This document shows, one piece after another, positions 51,377-61,618 of a stretch of DNA of 64,000 nucleotides (position 1 is its first letter; each line of letters begins with the position of its first letter). Under the pieces are notes generated by a model, which saw nothing but the letters and a program-made list of their open reading frames with translations, was not told the DNA's origin and did no database searches. A program made the position numbers and the translations under genes. Location of the stretch: NCBI GenBank assembly GCA_964560085.1, contig CAZLKF010000002.1, forward strand, positions 28,240 to 92,239, read 5' to 3'. This DNA is from an uncultured Muribaculaceae bacterium (GTDB taxonomy: Bacteria > Bacillota_I > Bacilli_A > RF39 > UBA660).

Positions 51377-52668
51377 TATTTTATTTTAAATGGTGTTATT
51401 ACTTCTTTATTGCCCATATATTTCCTTAAAGATTCTGGAATAGTAATACTTCCATCTTCATTGTAATTGTTCTCAAGTAAGGCAATTAAGGCCCTAGTAC
51501 TTGCTAAAACGGTATTATTCAATGTATGAACAAAATATGTGCCATTTTCACCCTTTGCTCTAATACCTAAGCGGCGTGCTTGAGCATCACCTAAAGTTGA
51601 GCAAGAACAAACTTCAAAATATTTTTGTTGTCTAGGACTCCATGCCTCAATATCACATGATTTAACTTTTAAATCGGCCAAATCACCACTACAACATTCA
51701 AGAGTTCTAACTGGAATATTCAAAGTTCTAAATAATTCAACTGAATAATTCCACATTTTGTTATACCAATCCATTGATTCTTCAGGTTTGCATAAAACTA
51801 CCATTTCTTGCTTTTCAAATTGATGAACACGGTAAATTCCACGCTCTTCAATACCATGAGCACCTACTTCTTTTCTAAAACATGGTGAATAACTAGTCAT
51901 TGTTATTGGCAAATTTTCTTCTTTGATTATCTGATCTTTAAATTTTCCAATCATTGAATGTTCACTTGTTCCTATTAAATATAAATCTTCGCCTTCAATT
52001 TTGTACATCATAGCATCCATTTCAGCAAATGACATAACACCATTAACAACATCGCCTCTTATCATAAAGGGTGGCAAACAATAAGTAAAACCTTTATCAA
52101 TCATAAAATCCCTAGCATAACTAATCATTGCACTTATAAGGCGAGCGCCATCGCCCATTAAGTAATAGAAACCATTGCCACTTGTTCTACCTGCACTATC
52201 TTTATCAAGACCATTAAAACTTTCTAAAATATCAGCATGATATGGTATTTCATAAGCAGGAACAATTGGTTCTCCGAATTTTTGATTTTCAACATTTTTA
52301 GTGTCATTTTCACCAATTGGCACCGAAGCGTCAATAATATTTGGTATTACCATCATCTTATTTTTAATTTCAATTGCTAATTGTTCTTCTGCTTGATCTA
52401 ATTCTGTTATTCTATCACCATATGAAGCGATTTGTTCCTTAACTTGCATCGCTTCTTCTTTTTTGCCATCACGCATTAAATTACCAATTAAAGCACTTTT
52501 AGCGTTTTTTTCGGCTCTTAAAGCATCACCTTTTTGTTTCGCTTCACGATATTTTAAATCAAGATCATAAATTTCATCAACTAAAGGTAATTTTTGATCT
52601 TGAAATTTCTTCTTTATATTTTCTTTAACTAATTCTTTATTTTCTCTTATTAAATTAATGTCTATCAT
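51376..52668 (-). CDS. serS: serine--tRNA ligase
   Basis: 430 aa; N-terminal coiled-coil arm; class II core (…FRKEVGAHG…, …GDAQARRLGIR…). Confidence 0.9.
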   Translation of the reverse strand: MIDINLIRENKELVKENIKKKFQDQKLPLVDEIYDLDLKYREAKQKGDALRAEKNAKSALIGNLMRDGKKEEAMQVKEQIASYGDRITELDQAEEQLAIEIKNKMMVIPNIIDASVPIGENDTKNVENQKFGEPIVPAYEIPYHADILESFNGLDKDSAGRTSGNGFYYLMGDGARLISAMISYARDFMIDKGFTYCLPPFMIRGDVVNGVMSFAEMDAMMYKIEGEDLYLIGTSEHSMIGKFKDQIIKEENLPITMTSYSPCFRKEVGAHGIEERGIYRVHQFEKQEMVVLCKPEESMDWYNKMWNYSVELFRTLNIPVRTLECCSGDLADLKVKSCDIEAWSPRQQKYFEVCSCSTLGDAQARRLGIRAKGENGTYFVHTLNNTVLASTRALIALLENNYNEDGSITIPESLRKYMGNKEVITPFKIK

Positions 52669-53120
52669 TTTAATTCCTCCAATTTTGCTTGTATTTTTAT
52701 GTAAGCTGGTCGATATCTTTTCTCTACTCTATCCATATCTTTTATGGTTGGATTTTTTATACGTGAAATATCCATGTTATGATTTAAATCAGCTAATTTC
52801 ACATTTAAAGCATCAATATTGTTCGAGGCAACAATACGATCTATATACTCCCTATAATCTTCATTATCTTTTCTTGTTAATATTTGAATTGCTTCGATTA
52901 TCTCCATAGCAAAGCCTGCTTCTTTTAAATCTTCGGCTGTCATATTAGTATCTTCAATAACATCATGTAAAAGACCAATTATTTTGGTATTTTCACCACT
53001 CACGCGATTGCTTACCTCATAAAGATGATCTAGGTAAGGATACCCACCCTTATCTAGTTTGTCAGAAAATAAATTTTTAATTATTTCCTCACTTTTTTCC
53101 AAAGCATTAAATTCTTTCAT
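52665..53120 (-). CDS. small alarmone hydrolase: HD-domain (p)ppGpp pyrophosphohydrolase of the RelA/SpoT hydrolase family
   Basis: 151 aa single domain; HD (YLDH), LLHDVIEDT and KLADLNHNM motifs match the SpoT/Mesh1 hydrolase signature. Start ATG 53120 follows GGAGGA; the stop overlaps the serS start. Confidence 0.75.
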   Translation of the reverse strand: MKEFNALEKSEEIIKNLFSDKLDKGGYPYLDHLYEVSNRVSGENTKIIGLLHDVIEDTNMTAEDLKEAGFAMEIIEAIQILTRKDNEDYREYIDRIVASNNIDALNVKLADLNHNMDISRIKNPTIKDMDRVEKRYRPAYIKIQAKLEELK

Positions 53121-53124
53121 ATAT

Positions 53125-53300
53125 CCTCCTCTACAAAAAAAGACTATTATAGGAGTGCCTTGCACGGTACCATCCTACTAGTCCTTAATTTTTATAACGG
53201 TTCCCCGGAGAAGTTTTGCTTCTCTCATCCGAAGTAGATTCATAAATTTAATTGACTAGTTTCCATCAACCACTAATTTTCTATCACAATACCATTTATT
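53125..53300 (-). ncRNA. T-box riboswitch leader, Ser-specific (specifier UCU)
   Basis: Read on the minus strand: Stem I distal loop GGUUGAUGGAAA; specifier context GAA-UCU-A; F-box CCGUUA. The T-box core UAGUAGGAUGGUACCGUG matches the AGGGUGGNACCGCG consensus with a canonical 7 nt bulge UGGUACC, a small helix GUGC aag GCAC, then UCCUAUAAUAGUC and U7 right before the RBS. Confidence 0.65.
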
Positions 53301-53346
53301 ACTATTCTTCTTCAACGATTTACAATGTTATTATACATTCTGCCAT

Positions 53347-54684
53347 TTATTTAGTCAACTCTTGTAAAACAATTTGCTTGAATTCATTTCCTCTTTCTTC
53401 AAAGCTCTTATATTGATCCCATGATGCACATGCTGGGCTTAAAAGAATAACATCATTAGAACTTGATTCTTTGTAAGCTGTCGTAACAGCTTCTCTTAAA
53501 TTATTGACAACATAACATCTAATATTTAATTTATTAATAAATTCTTCAATTTTATATTTAGTTTCTCCGTAACAAACAACACATTTAACATTTGTCATAA
53601 ATGGTTCTAGATCATCAAATGGCAGATTGCGATCTAATCCTCCCAACAACAAAATTGTTGGTACTTTAAAGGCATTTAAAGCTATCTGAGTTGATCTAAC
53701 ATTTGTCGATTTTGAATCATTGTAAAATTCACGATCATTTATTTTACCAACAAACTCAATACGATGTTCAACTCCTTTAAATGTTTCTAAAGTTTCTTTT
53801 ATTACTTTAGTTCCAACATTAAGTCGCTTAGCAACTAATATAGCACACATCATATTCTCATAATTGTGATTACCTTTTAAAATTACTTTATCAGTATCAA
53901 CTATTGCTTCATCTTGATAATAAATAACTCCATCCTTCAAATAACTATCTGCTTTATTTAGACTTGAAAAATATTCTTTTGTACTTCCTATATTTTTTGT
54001 CTCATCCATAACATCTTGATTTTCCATGTTTAAGATTGCTAAGTCATCAATAGTTTGGTGTCTAAAAATCAAGCATTTATTATGCTTATAATTTTCATAA
54101 GTTCCAAAATGATCTAAATGGACAACACTTAAATTTGTCATAACAGCAATATCCACCTTAAAGTTAACAAAATCATGTAATTGATGTCCTGATATTTCTA
54201 AAACTAAAATGTCATTCTCTTTTACATCTGCCAACAAACTGGACATTGGATAACCAATATTTCCACCTAAATGAACTGGTAATCCTGCATTTTTTAAAAC
54301 TTCATATATTAAAGTTGTTGTTGTCGTTTTTCCATTAGAACCAGTAATACCTATAATTTTTACGTTTTTAGGTAACAAATTATAAGCAACCTCTAATTCA
54401 TTAATAACTGGGATATTCAAACTTTCGGCTTTAACGACGGTAGGATTAGTAAATTTAATCCCGGGGTTCTTAATAACATAGTCAAACGTTTTATCTAATA
54501 ACTCATCTTGTTTATCTGTTATAAACACTTGTACTCCTAAAGACTTTAATTCATTTATTTTGTCCTCATCATCACCCTTTAAATCAGTAACAATGACTTC
54601 ATTATTACGAGCAATAAGGACTTTTGCAACTTCGTATCCACTTCTAGCCAATCCTAATACTAGAAATTTTTGATTTTTATACAT
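53347..54684 (-). CDS. murD: UDP-N-acetylmuramoylalanine--D-glutamate ligase
   Basis: Mur ligase P-loop GITGSNGKTTTT and the MurD N-terminal Rossmann domain. Confidence 0.85.
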   Translation of the reverse strand: MYKNQKFLVLGLARSGYEVAKVLIARNNEVIVTDLKGDDEDKINELKSLGVQVFITDKQDELLDKTFDYVIKNPGIKFTNPTVVKAESLNIPVINELEVAYNLLPKNVKIIGITGSNGKTTTTTLIYEVLKNAGLPVHLGGNIGYPMSSLLADVKENDILVLEISGHQLHDFVNFKVDIAVMTNLSVVHLDHFGTYENYKHNKCLIFRHQTIDDLAILNMENQDVMDETKNIGSTKEYFSSLNKADSYLKDGVIYYQDEAIVDTDKVILKGNHNYENMMCAILVAKRLNVGTKVIKETLETFKGVEHRIEFVGKINDREFYNDSKSTNVRSTQIALNAFKVPTILLLGGLDRNLPFDDLEPFMTNVKCVVCYGETKYKIEEFINKLNIRCYVVNNLREAVTTAYKESSSNDVILLSPACASWDQYKSFEERGNEFKQIVLQELTK

Positions 54685-55519
54685 ATTGATTCTCCTTTAT
54701 TTTATATAGAACTTCTTTAATTAAAATCTCACAACCAATTTCATGAATAGTTTTTTTACTATTCTTATTGTTTGCTAATATTTCAAGTCCAACTCTTATA
54801 TTTTTAGGTACCTCTTTATCTTCTTTTAACTGTTCTAAAATTGGAAAAGTTGTCACTAAATTATCTTTTGTGCAAAAACTTTTCTCATTTATAATCATAA
54901 CAATAAATTGAATAAAGCCATCATCAATTTCAATATTTATTTTTTTTAAGCTTTTAAATAATTTTTCCAAGTTTAAATCTTCTAATTTTTTAGCCAAACT
55001 TTTAGTTTTCAAAGATTTATATAGTTTCCTAATATCTTCATCAGTCTTTACAATTTCTGCACTTTGTATTAATAAAAATATTGATAACAAATGTTTGTTG
55101 ACTGATTTATTTTTTTCTTTATCACTAAATGTATAATTAGCAATAGCTTCGATTGTCTTAGCTTTCTCAATTAAAGGAATTATTTCCATTACTTTATCTC
55201 TAGTTAGATCATATTCTTCATCTTTCTCGATTAACTTGATTTTTTTGTCAATTTCCCCTATTTTTTTTAACAAATTATTTTTTGTTTCTGAATAGTGTTC
55301 CAAATTAACATTATAATTTTTATATTTCTGAGTTTGCAGTAATTTCTCAATATTATTATATTCTTTTTTTGGTTCCTTTAAATTAGCTATTCTGCGTTTT
55401 ATTCTTGCTTTTTCTGATTTTAAATTACTTAATATTTCTTTCTTTGGTGGATAACTTTCTAATAATGACTGTAATTTTTGCACCTCAATTTTTTTTATTT
55501 CTTCTATCAAGGTGATCAC
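54677..55519 (-). CDS. hypothetical K/E-rich, predicted coiled-coil protein
   Basis: 280 aa with no recognisable motif; it overlaps the murD start by 8 nt and abuts the ABC permease stop. Confidence 0.4.
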   Translation of the reverse strand: MITLIEEIKKIEVQKLQSLLESYPPKKEILSNLKSEKARIKRRIANLKEPKKEYNNIEKLLQTQKYKNYNVNLEHYSETKNNLLKKIGEIDKKIKLIEKDEEYDLTRDKVMEIIPLIEKAKTIEAIANYTFSDKEKNKSVNKHLLSIFLLIQSAEIVKTDEDIRKLYKSLKTKSLAKKLEDLNLEKLFKSLKKINIEIDDGFIQFIVMIINEKSFCTKDNLVTTFPILEQLKEDKEVPKNIRVGLEILANNKNSKKTIHEIGCEILIKEVLYKIKENQYV

Positions 55520-56311
55520 CTAAGCAAATTCTTTTCTATTGTAGTTATAATATGTCAAGCCTAAAAATAAAATTGTAATTAAACATGATATAACTATACT
55601 TCCATAACTAAATGTGTTTGTTGTGATATATTCGCGAAAAGACGATAAGCTAAAAACACTGAAATATTTAATAAACTCGACTTTTGAACTTAGATCACTA
55701 ATAATTTTTATAAAATATTGAACTATTGCAAAAGCCAAACCCATCATTAAAGTTTTCTTTGTTCTTTTGAAATACGTCGAAATAAATAAAGATATTGCAA
55801 AAATCGGGAAAAATGACAATATTTGATAAAAACTAATAGTCATGAACTTTACTAATTCAAGATCGTTGCTAAAATACAATCCAACTATATTAACTATCAT
55901 AATTATTAGATTAAAAACAAAGATGTTGAAAAAACAAACAAGAATTTTATTAGTAATTATTTTATTTTTACTAATTGGTTTCGAATATAAATATTCAATT
56001 GTTTTTTCATCTTCTTCTTTTGTTAAAATTGTTGATCCTAAAATGGATGCATAAATTGAACCGATAATAACTAATAAAACAAAACCTTCTGTGTAAAACC
56101 AGCCAGAAACCTTTTCTAATGACAAAATATCCATGTTGAACATCTTTAGCATTTCTTGTGGCATTGTTGCTAACATATCACGCATTAACGAAGCATTACT
56201 TTCAGACATTAAACTTGGATAAATTATAAAAACGACAATATAGAGAAAAGAAACACTTATTGTCCATAACAATAAACTCTTAAAATTTGTCTTAAATTCA
56301 TACTTTATCAT
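55520..56311 (-). CDS. ABC-2 type transporter permease
   Basis: Start ATG 56311 (MIKYEFKT) follows AAGGAGGA; six predicted TM helices; it overlaps the ATPase stop. Confidence 0.7.
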   Translation of the reverse strand: MIKYEFKTNFKSLLLWTISVSFLYIVVFIIYPSLMSESNASLMRDMLATMPQEMLKMFNMDILSLEKVSGWFYTEGFVLLVIIGSIYASILGSTILTKEEDEKTIEYLYSKPISKNKIITNKILVCFFNIFVFNLIIMIVNIVGLYFSNDLELVKFMTISFYQILSFFPIFAISLFISTYFKRTKKTLMMGLAFAIVQYFIKIISDLSSKVEFIKYFSVFSLSSFREYITTNTFSYGSIVISCLITILFLGLTYYNYNRKEFA

Positions 56312-57164
56312 TATAATCCTCCTTATAATAATGAAGAAAAATATCTTCGATTGTTGATTCCTCAATTAGTAACTTATCAAGTTTAATATCTTTTAAAATA
56401 CTAATTAAGTCATTAATATTTCCTTTATAGATAAAATTTATTTCATCTTTTGCCATTGTTCTAACTTGCATATTCTTAAGTGGTAAATTAACTTTTTTAA
56501 TATTTGGTGCTTTTATTGTTACAATGCAAAAATCATAGTTAGTTAAGTCTTTAATTGAAATAGTATCAACTATTTTTCCATCTTTTATAATAGCCACACG
56601 ATCACATATTTTTTTTATTTCCGGCAAATTATGTGATGAAAAGAAAATGGTTTTTCCCTTTTCTTTTTCTTCCTCTAAAATATCAAAAAATTCATTCTGC
56701 ATAAGAGGATCTAATCCACTAGTTGGCTCATCCAAAATAATAAATTGCGGATTGTGCATAAGTGCAAGAACAATTCCCAATTTCTTTAGATTCCCAAATG
56801 ATAATTCATTTATTATTTTATTAGTGTCTAAAGCTAATCTTTTAGCTATTTTTAACCCATTATTAAAGTATTTATTATTGTAAAATGAATCGTTATATTT
56901 TAACATTTCTAAAACTGTTAAATCATCATATAAATTAACTTCAGCTGGCAAATAACCTATTTCTTCTTTGAATTTATCTAGTTTTAAATTTATTAGGCCT
57001 TTATCTTTCTTGATAAATTCTAGAATTGTTCTTATAGTCGTTGATTTACCAGCGCCATTTGGGCCAATAAAACCAAATATTTCGCCAGTTTTTATCTCTA
57101 AATTAACATCTTCAATTCCTCTATTTTTACCATAATATTTTGTTAATTCTTCTAATTTTAACAT
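56298..57164 (-). CDS. ABC transporter ATP-binding protein
   Basis: Walker A GPNGAGKST, ABC signature LSFGNLKKL and Walker B ILDEPTSGLD. Confidence 0.85.
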   Translation of the reverse strand: MLKLEELTKYYGKNRGIEDVNLEIKTGEIFGFIGPNGAGKSTTIRTILEFIKKDKGLINLKLDKFKEEIGYLPAEVNLYDDLTVLEMLKYNDSFYNNKYFNNGLKIAKRLALDTNKIINELSFGNLKKLGIVLALMHNPQFIILDEPTSGLDPLMQNEFFDILEEEKEKGKTIFFSSHNLPEIKKICDRVAIIKDGKIVDTISIKDLTNYDFCIVTIKAPNIKKVNLPLKNMQVRTMAKDEINFIYKGNINDLISILKDIKLDKLLIEESTIEDIFLHYYKEDYNDKV

Positions 57165-57227
57165 ATCATCACCTAATTTATTATATCACATGTTACACTG
57201 AATAAAAAAGAATGATTTGTATCATTC

Positions 57228-58622
57228 TTAATCAAGATTATTCAAAATATCCCTAGCTGCAACTAATCCTGTTGCGGCGGCCGCAACGATATTGCCAGCT
57301 TTCCCAGCACCATCACCAATAAAATAAACATCATAATTATCTAATTTGAATTTATTATTGGTAGTAATTTCATTGCTAAAAAATTTTATTTCCGGGCCAT
57401 ATAATATGGTTTCATCATTGTTTACACCAGGAATCACTTTATCAAGTTCTTCTAAGCCTTCTAAAATATTTGTAATGATTCGATGAGGTAAAACCAATGC
57501 TAAATCTCCTGCCACACAGTCCTTTAAAGTTGGTTCAATAAACATTTTGTCAATACGTTGCCATTTGCTTCGGCGCCCTTGGCGTAAATCTTTTAGTGTT
57601 TGAATAATTGGCTTAGAATCGCCTAGAACATTAGCAATTCTAGCAATTGACTCTCCATATTCGCGTGTATTTGTAACTGGGGTTGTTAAATTAACTTTGC
57701 TAATAAAAGCAAAATTAGAATTATTTGACTTTACTTCTTTTAGTGAATGACCATTAACACAAATATAACCATAATAATTTTCTTTCGTTACATAACCTCC
57801 AGGATTTGTACAAAAAGTTCTTATTTCATCACCATAAGTATCAGTTTTTATAAAAATTGTAGGATCATATATAACACTACATATGTCTTCCATAATTTCT
57901 TTACGGACTTCAACTCTAACACCAATTTCAATACTTTGTGAAACATAAGGAATATTATATTTATCTGCTAATTCTTGAATCCATTTTGCACCTGTTCTAC
58001 CAGGAGCTACTACTACACTTTTGGCTTTTATTTCTTGTTTATCATTTATTATAATCGTGTGATCATTCTTTGCAATACTTTTTATATCTGTAACTTCGGA
58101 ATCAGCAAATATTGCTATTCCTTTATTCTCTAAATAATTCGTAAAATCAATGATATATTGTGGCAATTTATCGCTTCCCAAATGTTTTTGCTTTATAACA
58201 AGTAATCTTTGACCATATAATGCTACTTGCTTTTTTATTTTTAAAGCTTCATCCATATTACTCGGATAAACATCAGCATCCATTTTAAATTTCGTAAAAA
58301 TTTTTTCAGTATCATCAATAAGCTTATAGGCCTCTTGCTCACCCATATATTTAAAAAGATCAGATTTTCCTAATTTGGGGATAAAATTTAGTTTACCATC
58401 AGAAAAAGTTCCAGCCCCACCAAAACCTGCTAAAATTCCACAATTCTTACAATTTTGACATGATGTTTTAAATTTGTTCATTGGACAAACACGATTTTCT
58501 GCCTTTTTTCCTTTATCCAATAAAGCTATTTTTAGTTTACTATTCTTTTCAATCAATTCATAAGCACAGAAGAGCCCCGCTGGACCTGCACCTACTATTA
58601 CTACATCATACATTTTAATCAC
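57228..58622 (-). CDS. FAD-dependent oxidoreductase (COG2509-like NAD/FAD-utilising family)
   Basis: N-terminal dinucleotide fold VVIVGAGPAGL; an internal Cys cluster C..C..C.NC; 464 aa. Confidence 0.65.
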   Translation of the reverse strand: MIKMYDVVIVGAGPAGLFCAYELIEKNSKLKIALLDKGKKAENRVCPMNKFKTSCQNCKNCGILAGFGGAGTFSDGKLNFIPKLGKSDLFKYMGEQEAYKLIDDTEKIFTKFKMDADVYPSNMDEALKIKKQVALYGQRLLVIKQKHLGSDKLPQYIIDFTNYLENKGIAIFADSEVTDIKSIAKNDHTIIINDKQEIKAKSVVVAPGRTGAKWIQELADKYNIPYVSQSIEIGVRVEVRKEIMEDICSVIYDPTIFIKTDTYGDEIRTFCTNPGGYVTKENYYGYICVNGHSLKEVKSNNSNFAFISKVNLTTPVTNTREYGESIARIANVLGDSKPIIQTLKDLRQGRRSKWQRIDKMFIEPTLKDCVAGDLALVLPHRIITNILEGLEELDKVIPGVNNDETILYGPEIKFFSNEITTNNKFKLDNYDVYFIGDGAGKAGNIVAAAATGLVAARDILNNLD

Positions 58623-58635
58623 CTATTTAATTATA

Positions 58636-58663
58636 ACAAAAAAAATCTATGTTAAACATAGAT
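58636..58663 (-). terminator. intrinsic terminator after the zinc-ribbon membrane protein gene
   Basis: AUCUAUG uuuaa CAUAGAU followed by an 8 U run. Confidence 0.5.
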
Positions 58664-58681
58664 TTTAATCAATTTTATTTT

Positions 58682-59680
58682 TTATTCAGCACTATCAGTT
58701 GATTGAACAGGAGTTTCTTCAACATTCAAATCAACATTCATGATTTGATCAAAAAAATTATTTTCTTCCATATTTGAAGCAGTTGAAACAGTAGCATTCT
58801 TTATTATACTTAAAATTTCTTCGATTTGACTTGTAGTTAAATATGTTGTTTCCGTTTTTTCTGCTGCTGATATCATCCATATTCCACCAGTTGATCTTGC
58901 AGTATATACTCCGGTTGCAACTTTATTACCCGTATTCAAAGCCATATCTATTTGCCAGTACTTAAGACCCGAATATTGTTTTTCTTTAATCAAATTTATC
59001 TTCATAGTAGTATAAGCAGCAAAAGCTTGTCGGAGATTAGCTTCTGTAAAAACACCATAACTAGGAGTTTCTGCATATTGAATAATAGTTTTATAACTAC
59101 CTGTATCGATCGCTAATCCTTCACTTGAAACACCAGATACATAACTACCATTTATTGTAAATTTATATCCACCATAGACAATATTAAGATTATCATGAAC
59201 CGTTACTGTTGTTCCGCCGACATTAGTTACCTCTTTCTTACCAAAAACTCCAGCATCAATTAATAAATATACAACAACGGCAACTGCTAAAATTCCAACA
59301 ACAATACCAATAATTAAAAATGGTGTCTTACTCTTACTTTCTGTAGGTGTTGTTGTCGGTGATGTAAATACTGGTTGAGGTTGTTGAGGCATTGGCTGTT
59401 CAAAGTTTACAGGTTGAGGTTGAGGCATAATTGGTGCCATTGGTTGTTGAAAATTTTGTGTTGGGTTTGGTTGTGGTGAAACTGGTTGCACATTCTGAAA
59501 AGGTTGAGCTTGTTGTCCTTGTGGCATAACTGAATTTCCATAATTCTGTATTCCCACAGGATTAGGTTCTACAGTTGGGGTAACTGGTTGAGCATTATTT
59601 TGATTATTATTAGATGCCCCACAATTTTTACAAAAAACGTCGCCAGGGTTTAAAGCAGCTCCGCAAATCTTACAATACAT
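58682..59680 (-). CDS. zinc-ribbon / P,Q-rich linker / single-TM / extracytoplasmic domain protein
   Basis: N-terminal C-x2-C...C-x2-C (MYCKICGA...CKNCGA), about 100 aa Pro/Gln-rich, one TM helix, then a 190 aa C-terminal domain. Confidence 0.55.
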   Translation of the reverse strand: MYCKICGAALNPGDVFCKNCGASNNNQNNAQPVTPTVEPNPVGIQNYGNSVMPQGQQAQPFQNVQPVSPQPNPTQNFQQPMAPIMPQPQPVNFEQPMPQQPQPVFTSPTTTPTESKSKTPFLIIGIVVGILAVAVVVYLLIDAGVFGKKEVTNVGGTTVTVHDNLNIVYGGYKFTINGSYVSGVSSEGLAIDTGSYKTIIQYAETPSYGVFTEANLRQAFAAYTTMKINLIKEKQYSGLKYWQIDMALNTGNKVATGVYTARSTGGIWMISAAEKTETTYLTTSQIEEILSIIKNATVSTASNMEENNFFDQIMNVDLNVEETPVQSTDSAE

Positions 59681-59756
59681 TGTTCATTCCTACTTTCTAT
59701 TCTTACCATTATAATAACACAAATATCATAATTTCGCAACAATAATTTTATACTTG

Positions 59757-60386
59757 TTATTTTTTAAAAACAGTTGGAATTTTTAATTCTAAAAACACTT
59801 CTTTTTTTGTTATTGGATGAACAAATTTCAAAGAATTTGCTTGAAGTAACATATAAGGCCCTTTACAATTTCCATATTTCTTATCACCAACAATAGGATG
59901 ACCAATGTCTTTCATATGAACACGTATTTGATTTTTACGTCCCGTCAATAAATTTATTCTAACAATGGAAAATTTATCATTCGCACTTATCACTTCATAT
60001 TCGGTCTTCGCGAATTTTCCCTTTGAATTATTAGTTGAATACGTTAGTAATGTTTTGGTTTCCATTAAATATGATTCAATAATGTCATGCTTTTTTTCAA
60101 CTTTTCCTGTTAAAACAGCAATGTATTTTCTTTCAACATCATCCCAATTATTTTGAAAACATTGTTTTATTTTTTCACTTTTAGCAAATAAAACTAAACC
60201 TGATGTTTCAAAATCTAAACGATGAACAATAAAAACTTTATTATTTTTATTCTTCTGTTTTAAATAAGTACTGACAAAGTGAAAAAGCGTTCTGTTTTTC
60301 TCCTTATCAGTTGCAACAGTTAATAGTTTTGGTGGTTTATTCACAACAATCAAATATTTGTCTTCGTATATTATATCTAACATCAT
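59757..60386 (-). CDS. RluA-family pseudouridine synthase (short)
   Basis: Catalytic HRLDFETSGLVLFAKS motif; 209 aa. Confidence 0.75.
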   Translation of the reverse strand: MMLDIIYEDKYLIVVNKPPKLLTVATDKEKNRTLFHFVSTYLKQKNKNNKVFIVHRLDFETSGLVLFAKSEKIKQCFQNNWDDVERKYIAVLTGKVEKKHDIIESYLMETKTLLTYSTNNSKGKFAKTEYEVISANDKFSIVRINLLTGRKNQIRVHMKDIGHPIVGDKKYGNCKGPYMLLQANSLKFVHPITKKEVFLELKIPTVFKK

Positions 60387-61618
60387 TTCACCATATTTGA
60401 TAGAGCAACTAACAAAGCGATTTTACCATATTCATATGTTAATGATCCCTGTTGATATGCAATGAACGGCTCCCTTAAAGGACCGTCACAAGATATTTCA
60501 ATCGATGATCCTTGCGTAAAACTACCAGATGCCATAATTATTTCATCAACATATCCCGGCATCAACGATGGCTCAGGAATTGCCATTGAGTCGATTGCTG
60601 AGCCCATTTGAATCCCTTGACAATATTTAATCATTTTTTCACGGTTTCCAAAACAAATTGTTTGAACAATATCAGCTCTCTTTTCAAAAATTTCCGGTTT
60701 TACAGAATAATTTAATTCTGTAAAAGCCATACTTGTAAGTAAAGCAACTTTTAGACTACTTGCAACTGCATTTGGAGCCATATAGATCCCTTGCAAAAAC
60801 ATTTTATTAGTTCCTCCGCTTGGACCGACTTCTTTTCCCAACCCTGGTGCTGTTAAACGTTCGGAAATTAATTCAATAAGATTTCTTTTACCAACAACGT
60901 AAGCACCATTAGAGGCAATTCCACCACCCAGATTTTTAATTAAAGATCCAACAGCAATGTCCGCACCAATCTCTATAGGTTCTTTTATATCAACGAATTC
61001 ACAGTAGCAATTATCTATCATAATAATTACTTGTGTATCAATATTTTTAATAAAGCTAATTACTTTTTCGAGTTTTTCTATAGTAATGCTTTCGCGTGTT
61101 GAATATCCTCTCGATCTTTGAATCTCAATCACGCTAATTTTTTTGCTTTTAAGGATTTTTTCTATCTCATCATAATTGAACTCATTATCAATTAAATCAA
61201 TTTGCTCATAATTAATACCATAACTTTTTAAAGAACTATTATTGCCCTTAATACCTATCACTTCATCTAATGTATCGTATGGCTTACCTGTAATACTTAA
61301 TAGCGTATCATTTGGTCGCAACAAGCCAAATAAAGAAACGGTCAAAGCATGAGTACCTGAAATAAATTGATTTCTAACTAATGCATCTTCTGCCTTAAAA
61401 ATGTCGGCAAAAACTTTTTCGATCATATCTCGTCCGTCATCATTGTAGCCGTAACCTGTTGTCGTATTGAAATGGCGTTCCTCTATTCCATTCTTGTTAA
61501 AAGCATCTAGCACTTTAAAACTATTATAAAAACAAACGTCATCAATTTTTTGAAATTGATTTAGTAATTTTTTTTCGCTATCACCTACAATTTTTTTTAT
61601 CTCTTGATTAATATACAT
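60383..61618 (-). CDS. YnbB / aluminium-resistance-type PLP-dependent Cys/Met-metabolism family protein
   Basis: About 411 aa with that family's layout. The preferred start is ATG 61618 (MYINQEI), with GGTGA 8 nt upstream, which avoids overlap with the SDR gene. Confidence 0.5.
   Translation of the reverse strand: MYINQEIKKIVGDSEKKLLNQFQKIDDVCFYNSFKVLDAFNKNGIEERHFNTTTGYGYNDDGRDMIEKVFADIFKAEDALVRNQFISGTHALTVSLFGLLRPNDTLLSITGKPYDTLDEVIGIKGNNSSLKSYGINYEQIDLIDNEFNYDEIEKILKSKKISVIEIQRSRGYSTRESITIEKLEKVISFIKNIDTQVIIMIDNCYCEFVDIKEPIEIGADIAVGSLIKNLGGGIASNGAYVVGKRNLIELISERLTAPGLGKEVGPSGGTNKMFLQGIYMAPNAVASSLKVALLTSMAFTELNYSVKPEIFEKRADIVQTICFGNREKMIKYCQGIQMGSAIDSMAIPEPSLMPGYVDEIIMASGSFTQGSSIEISCDGPLREPFIAYQQGSLTYEYGKIALLVALSNMVK

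Noticed and set aside
53300-53346. Promoter for the Ser T-box unit
   Set aside because: Several weak TTGnnn/TAnnnT combinations are possible and none is convincing by eye. It is left unannotated.
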